Below are positions 55,875-64,000 of a stretch of DNA of 64,000 nt, piece by piece; position 1 is the first letter of the stretch; every line of letters starts with the position of its first letter. The notes beneath the pieces are model-generated. The model was given only the letters and a program-made list of their open reading frames with translations, did no database searches and was not told the DNA's origin. The position numbers and the translations under genes were made by a program. The stretch comes from Eledone cirrhosa (Eukaryota). The DNA lies in the NCBI GenBank assembly GCA_964016885.1, contig OZ024743.1:97588001-97652000 (forward strand), read 5' to 3'.

Positions 55875-56068
55875 ATTGTTTCTACTTTTGGCACAAGGCC
55901 AGCAATTATTCCAGTGCATTACGGGGTACTTTATTTTATCGACCCCGTAAGGGTGAAAGGCATAGTTAACCTGGGCGGGATTTGAACTCATACCGTAAAG
56001 GAACGTAACTCCATGCCGGAAAGCATAGCGTCCGACCCTCTACCGATACTGCCAATCCACCACCCTCC
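55875..56068 (-). mobile_element. Meta-like tRNA SINE with a target-site duplication; a partial copy lies at 55640-55747
   Basis: Flanked by GTGTAATATAATA. Confidence 0.85.
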
Positions 56069-56135
56069 TGTGTAATATAATAATACAAGGATGATTGGTT
56101 AAGTCTTCATGAAAGCTTAACCAATCGTCGTTGTA

Positions 56136-56171
<36 letters not shown>

Positions 56172-56663
56172 TATTAACGTGCCGACACACACACATACAT
56201 TAACGCACACATGCATTGCACACTGATGGGCACATACATATTTGTACACAAGTATTCCAGTACGGCAAGGCCTAATGGATTCCCCTTGCAGTACGTACAA
56301 TCTGGACACTCACACACACCTGGGTATTATGCCAATACTATATATCATTTCACACCTTTTATTATTAAGGTTTTTGATGTTCTATTGAGAGAATCGTTTT
56401 TACTGAAAATATCGAATAATGTACACCATTTTACAAGTATCACAAAAATACTGGTCCACCCACACACACACACACACATATATATATACACACACACATA
56501 CACACGCATACATTAACATACAAAGAGACATATACACACACACACACTCACACACTCTCCGTATAAGACAAGAGCTGAAAAATATCTTTTAACATGTTAA
56601 AATATCCCCCACACACTTACAGACACATTCCCACTGACCATCCCTCTACCACGAATTACTCTG

Positions 56664-56722
<59 letters not shown>

Positions 56723-57279
56723 TCTTAATAGGCATTTGAACTGTCGACAGGCTGCGGTTTGCACACACATCCCTGCTGACCATTATCACAACAACGAACC
56801 TCTTTACTACTACTACACACACACACACACATATGTTTCTTTTGAAAGACTTATTCTTGAGTCACTTCTCAATCAGCCGACACCAACCTACATTTGGCGC
56901 AAAATCAATTTTTAACATTCACATGACCTCTACCGACCAATCAAAATTGTTTTGACCACAAGAATTTTTTGCAACACGAATTGGCGCGAAACTTATTTTA
57001 ATACCTCTGGAGCCACTTCTTTCACATAAAAACAGGTAGAATTTCCAAAACTAATCAGATTAGAGCAAACATCACGGACGCTCTATCTCAAAATTATTTT
57101 TGAAAAGCATTAGAAATGCGCAACCGGTAAAACTTAAAACTAAAACTGAATACTAACCAATACTATTACTAATTTTCACTTATTCCTAATTAAACTATTT
57201 TTCACTGTGAACAATTTGTCAGCATTTTCTTTTCCGTTTACCAATATATCATAACTCGTGTGTTACACCTCTATTCTTT

Positions 57280-57374
<95 letters not shown>

Positions 57375-57538
57375 GGGGTAACAAATAATAGTTAAATGCA
57401 GTCCACTTAGGTAAAGTCCAGTTATGGTATTCCAGGTAGTGGATTATATTAACGCTTGGCTTGGTTTGACTCAACAAGGCGTTTTCATAGTGATGCTGCG
57501 GGTATGCCGTAATTCCTATGTTGTAAACACTATGTTGT

Positions 57539-57629
57539 AAATCAGGAAAGAAGGTTGACATGGTTTGCTATACAGCTATGAGATTAAAAACCTTTTTTGT
57601 ATAGCAAACCATGTCAACCTTCTTTCCTG

Positions 57630-57634
<5 letters not shown>
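57539..57634. repeat. Short fold-back (~37 bp arms)
   Basis: aaatcaggaaagaaggttgacatggtttgctataca ... tgtatagcaaaccatgtcaaccttctttcctgattt, next to (TA)n. Confidence 0.8.
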
Positions 57635-57671
<37 letters not shown>

Positions 57672-57879
57672 GAGAAATTTGGGTTATTCACTACCTTATA
57701 TTCATAGCAACAAGCCTTCAAAATGTTTTAAAATAAACATACAGTATATTATTAAATATACACTACGCACATTCATATATATATATCGCTATTTCAGGCA
57801 CAAATACTCAAATTTCTAATTGTTGCTCTGCCGGCAATTGCTCTGTATGTTAATGAGTTTAAACAGCTCATAATCATAA

Positions 57880-58025
57880 TTGGTATTCTATAAGAATCCA
57901 GCTTCTACAGCTCACAGCAGAAACAAGGGGGATATTAAATCTCGATAACCACTAAACAGCGAGAAAGTTTATTTCCCTTTGTTTTTGCTGTGAGCTGTAG
58001 AAGCTGGATTGTTATAGAGTACCAA
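57880..58025. repeat. Imperfect fold-back, family M
   Basis: aatccagcttctacagctcacagca ... tgctgtgagctgtagaagctggatt. Confidence 0.75.
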
Positions 58026-58094
58026 GTCACACTAGTCACTACCTTAAATTCATAGCGAAAGGCCTTCAAAATGTTTTTAAGTAAGCATTAAATA

Positions 58095-58282
58095 GCGGTG
58101 GATTGGCAGTATCGGTAGAGGGTCGGACGCCATGCTTTGACGCATAGAGTTACGGCCCTTGCCATTCTGAGATCAAATCCCGCCAAGCTTAACTTTGCCT
58201 TTCATCCTTACGAGGTCGATAAAATAAAGTACCAGTAATGCACTGGGTAATTGCTGACCTTATGCCAAAAGTAGAATCAATT
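58095..58282 (+). mobile_element. Meta-like tRNA SINE with an ATTAAATA target-site duplication
   Basis: GCGGTGGATTGGCAGTATCGGTAGA head, B-box-like GAGATCAAATCC and the conserved central domain. Confidence 0.85.
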
Positions 58283-58948
58283 ATTAAATACACAATACGT
58301 ACATTCATATGTATATTAACTTATAATGTTAACTGTCTTTAATACATAAACATCTCAAATAAAAAATAAGATATCTTAAATTATCTACTCAAAGAAGTAA
58401 TAAAATATATTAAACTTAAACCAAAATCTCAATCTGGCGTGATATAAGCTAAATCAGTTAAAATAAGTCGATTTTACTTATACAGCTCCCCGATCATGGT
58501 TTCAGAAACACAAGAAACAATACCAATTATTCCAAGATATTGGAATAACCAATATTGGAATAATTACAGTTCCTTCGTCGGGATGAGAATTCTTAGGAAT
58601 AAGGAGCTAAGTTAAATACTTATCATACATAACATGTCGTGACCAGATCACATGGTAAACAGCGTGTTACATCGTTGAATTACTGTATAAATATATCGCA
58701 TTCAATGCATTAGGAGAGACTTATATTGTCGCTGATAATAGCAGCCAAACCTGTATAAAATCTGCTTAACAGTTAAATTTAATTCATAAAGTTAACTGTC
58801 CCTAATAATTAAACATCTCAATGAAAGGACAAAATATATTAATAAATTATCTACTAAGAGAAATTATTAAATAAATTCAACTTAATCCAAAATCTCAATT
58901 TGTCGGGCAATTGTATAAATACGACGTATTTCAGCGGTTTTGGATAAG

Positions 58949-59041
<93 letters not shown>

Positions 59042-59291
59042 TAGATCTAGCTGTCGAAACGGCCGGAGCTCAGCCGTTGGAGTCCTAACTCTTTTCCTAT
59101 TACCCACTCTTCTACCCGGAGCATCGAGTACTCTGGAGCGTTATGGTCGACCTGATTCTTTATCACATTTCGTTTGTTTTTATAATAACAATATTTTATA
59201 AATATTTGCTCTACGGTTCTTATATATTTGATATATATTTATCCTTATCGAACCCTCTTTGGATTTTAGTCTTCAAATTTATTATTATTAC

Positions 59292-59323
<32 letters not shown>

Positions 59324-59446
59324 TTATCTCTACAACTTATCAGCCCCCTCCCCCAAATGATACATATAATATGTGCCACATGTCCACATACACATATCCA
59401 CGTCAATCTCTCACTTTTCCTCTGTACATCTCTTTCTCTCCCAATA

Positions 59447-59504
<58 letters not shown>

Positions 59505-59753
59505 CAATATTAACAAATGGAAACTATATTTATAAAACCATATTTATTTCATTATACATAATTCAAGGACACCAAGTTAAATTATGGTGTGCTTTCAGCA
59601 GATAAAATAATTTAACTTGGTGTCCTTGAAACATGTATAATGAAATAAATATAGTTTCCATTTGTTAATATCGTATTTTTACTCCAAATGTTTGTTGAGT
59701 TATAAAAATATTTGCTTGCTGTATCCCAACAATTTAAATATATACATACAATA

Positions 59754-60219
59754 TGTTGAAAAGGTAACACACTAGAGAGAGATACAGTGCGCTATCAATA
59801 AAACAGGGAAAACCCACCAGTGTCTGGAATCTATAACCTATGAAAGGCAGATTATAGACACGATAATTAAAAATATAAATTAAAGCGTAAATAAATACCT
59901 CTATAACTATATAACAGACGTGTAGCTGGACGGTCGCTTTAAAAATTCTCTTTCTGTTGTCTGAAATGTATAGCCTTACACACGCCGATGAACCGGGGTT
60001 ATTTCATTTCTGTCAACAACTTACTGGCGAAACAGATCACTTTGGATTTGTACGTGTGTTATATAGTTATAGAGGTATTTATTTACGCTTTAATTTATAT
60101 TTTTAATTATCGTGTCTATAGTCTGCCTTTCATAGGTTATAAATTCCATACATCGGTGGTTTTTCCCTGTTTTATTGATAGCGCACTGTATCTCTCTCTA
60201 GTGTGTTACCTTTTCAACA
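59754..60219. mobile_element. Inverted pair (59754-59921 / 60052-60219) with a full-length hammerhead fold in the spacer
   Basis: ~165 bp arms. Nested inside another inverted pair at 59323-59450 / 60532-60662. Confidence 0.8.
59978..60059 (+). ncRNA. Extended type I hammerhead fold with core variant CCGATGA
   Basis: ACACACG CCGATGA accgg...ctggc GAAA CAGATC-actttg-GATTTG TA CGTGTGT. 7-bp stem I, 6-bp stem III, GUA cleavage triplet. Confidence 0.75.
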
Positions 60220-60460
60220 ATTTTCAGTATTTTAAAGTGCCCAGGATTTCTCCTCCTTATAGCACATTATTTACAGGGAATGACGAGAGTCGATAGCTCC
60301 GTTTATGTATCGTGATATATATATATGAGGAAAAAAGGATGATATCGAAAATACAACTGGTGTCTTTTTTTTTTAAATGCAACTTTTAAAAAAAAAGACT
60401 CAAGTTGCATTTTCTATTTCATAAATTTTTCCTCATATATATATATATACTATATATATA

Positions 60461-60531
<71 letters not shown>

Positions 60532-60839
60532 TATATTGGGAGAGAAAGAGATGTACAGAGAAAAAGTGAGAGACTGACGTGGGTATGTGTATGTATGTGG
60601 ACATGTGGACACATATTATATGTATCATTTGGGGGTGGGGCTGAGAAGTTGTAGAGATAAATTGGTGACAGAGAGAATTCTAAGTCAACTTTATAAAATA
60701 AGTAAAAATATTTAGTATTGCTAACAAGAAACAGCAGCAAAGAGTATATACACACAATCCACTTGGATAATTAACTTTAATATAGAAATTAGATACAAAT
60801 TATTCGGTTTTGATAAGCATAAACACACACACATATATA

Positions 60840-60959
<120 letters not shown>

Positions 60960-61015
60960 TTTATATATATATAAGTACTAAGAGTGGGAAATGAAATTTC
61001 GTTTTCTGTTTTTCC

Positions 61016-61059
<44 letters not shown>

Positions 61060-61149
61060 CTTTATATATATATATATAAATATATATATGTATATATATA
61101 TATATACACATATACATATATATGTATATATATATAAATACACATATAC

Positions 61150-61381
<232 letters not shown>

Positions 61382-61393
61382 ATATATATATAC

Positions 61394-61494
<101 letters not shown>

Positions 61495-62436
61495 ACATAG
61501 AGAGAGAGAGCGATGGAGGGAGAACGAGAGAGAGATAGTTATTAAAGGAAACAATATCTAAAATGGATTGATATAGCAATTCTTGCACCACGTTTTCCAC
61601 TGATAAGAGACCGTCGATTTTATCATCTGCTAGCTTTGCCAGAAGATCTTCATTTTAATGGCTATCTTCATTTCGTCTTTGTTCCAATTCCCTCGAGCCG
61701 CCAATGACACTCTTCACTTTTTATTTGTAGATAACGAGATTTTTTTACAGGTCATTTTCGATCAATTCTTACTTATCACACGAAGAACGGGGTTTTTATT
61801 TAACTGAAGTGATTATGCATCCAACCCACAGGAAAGTAAACCATTAAGTGGAAAATCTTTACAACTTCAGACGAATATGTCTTGTTAAAACTGACATCGC
61901 TATTTTCTTACAAACGTTGTGTGTGTTTTTTTTTGTGTTTCTTTATATTAAGTAGGCAGAATTCTGCCAAAGTCGGTTTGTACATCCTATCTAATATCTT
62001 TCAAGCAATTTATGTCCGGTTTCACTTCAAAATTATCTTTTGATGGTTAGTGTACTTTTGCTATCAGCTACAACTAATGATGCCAAAAGTCAATTTTAGG
62101 CAAAAGTAGTCTGGAAATTGTCCAGTGACCTTTTGTATTTATTAGTCCAATATTAATGGAATGATTGTGAATTTCCATTATATTTTGAAATGAATTATCT
62201 ACTTATATATGATCAAATAAGTAATATGACATGACAAGGATTTAAAAATTCAATTAATAGAAACAGAAAAGAATGTTCAATCTATCTTCTCATATATACA
62301 TTTCGTTTATAGATTGATCATTAATACTCACGTACATATAAACAAGAGACGATTCTGATATACAAAATAAAGGTTTAGCTTCCTAAATGTTCTCCCTGGA
62401 TATATATATATATATACATATATATATATTTATAGT

Positions 62437-62735
62437 GAAAAAAATTGAAATCGAAAATGCTGCTGCAGTCTTTTTTAAAAAAGATATATAATTATTTGGT
62501 TCCTTTACCGATTTCGCAGTTCTTTTGCTTTTCAAAAGTAGAATTGAGATGGAGGGTCTGTGGTTTTTCTCACATCTGAGAAAAACCACAGACCCTCCAT
62601 CTCAATTCTAATTTTGAAAAGCAGAAGAACTGCGAAACCGGTAAAGGAACCAAATAATTATATATCTTTTTTAAAAAAGACTGCAGCTGCATTTTCGATT
62701 TCATCTTTTTTTCCTTATACTTTCACTCGTGTAGG
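62437..62735. mobile_element. Family L fold-back (~135 bp arms) with variant hammerhead-like folds (+ 62606-62649, - ~62499-62543)
   Basis: Centre tctca-catc-tgaga. TTGAAAA GCAG-aagaa-CTGC GAAA CCGG TA AAGGAA. Confidence 0.8.
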
Positions 62736-62774
62736 GCACTTCGGTTACTTTTCATTTTGTAAAAAAAAAATCAC

Positions 62775-62832
<58 letters not shown>

Positions 62833-63069
62833 TTAATATGTTAAATAAATAATTGTTTTTTGAGTTCACCTAGAATTCAAAAGTTAGTTTTGTTCTATTT
62901 CATTCCTACTTGAAACTTCGTCTAACATGCAACACGATATCACAGAGGCACTGTCTCTTTCTACATCAATCACTATCATACTAAAATGATATAATATAAA
63001 TATATATATTATATGATATAATATATATATATATATTATATGATATAATATATATATATATATTATATG

Positions 63070-63132
<63 letters not shown>

Positions 63133-64000
63133 TATATAATTAAACGGGAATACTCTATTATACTTGAATGTTAGTATTATCTATCTGAAGGAGCTAAATG
63201 TTCGAGACAATATGATTTTTAAGCCTTCATATTCAAGATATTAGAAGGAGGAGTATGATTTGAAGTAATGCTAAATCTGTTTGTATTAACTAAATACCAA
63301 CCTATTAACCGTACGATTATTCTCTAAATAATGACGTCCATGTCAGCCGATTCATAAATTGATATCGTTTATAGACAAAAATTAAGGAGATTTAAGTATT
63401 CCCCTGTGCATATATTCTTTGTTCTCGTGAAAATATAGTGATAGTATCTTTGATAAGCAACACCACATTTGCTGATCAATATGCATCAGGTTAAAGCATG
63501 CCATGACTCAGATGAAATATATTTTAAAATATTCTGCCAATAAAAACGGAAAGAGAAAAAAAATACGCAAGATTGAAAGAGCCACTGACACTTAACTGAA
63601 TAAGTGGTACTACAGATCCAATACAGTATGGTATTTCAATTTAACTACTTCATCATTTACCATACCCAAAGCATTTTCGATCTGTATTATTTTACAACAC
63701 TTAATCACTTTAATGACAGTGGTCTCCTCTACAACAGATTTTTAGTTCAATCATTTTTTAGACTTATTTTCAGTGTCTATACTGAATATGTGACCCTTTT
63801 AATGTCAAAACAAATATCAATGCTATCTATAGCCTCTATCTAATAAAATGCTTTTTTATTTCGGTGGACAAATTATTTCAAATATTTCTCTTTTGTTTAG
63901 CTTATGCTAAACTGGAGGATATCCACGAAAACTATTTTAAATATGAATATATTAAAATTGGTATGAATAATATTTTACGTTTATATTTATATATTATATG

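Overview
AT-rich eukaryotic DNA saturated with (TA)n, (CA)n, (GA)n and (TAA)n microsatellites. The SINE and LINE content suggests a coleoid cephalopod such as Octopus (inference). Most ORFs in the supplied track are microsatellite translations. Real content: (1) a nest of three 5'-truncated non-LTR retrotransposons in one (TAA)n tract at 1.2-7.5 kb (two R4/Dong-like, one inverted L1/Tx1-like); (2) a decayed Penelope-like element at 19-21 kb with a CxCx5C knuckle, a GIY-YIG nuclease and inverted pLTRs; (3) tRNA-derived SINEs, several with target-site duplications, plus Helitron-like and RTE remnants; (4) two minisatellites; (5) three phase-compatible 3' exons of an unidentified + strand gene at 29.6-32.4 kb, which the ORF track misses. 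The main signal is about ten unrelated families of short non-coding elements sitting in (TA)n tracts. Most form head-to-head fold-backs and carry type I hammerhead ribozyme folds, more than 20 copies in all, some with recurrent non-canonical cores. All structures were read by eye, so coordinates are approximate and no activity has been tested.
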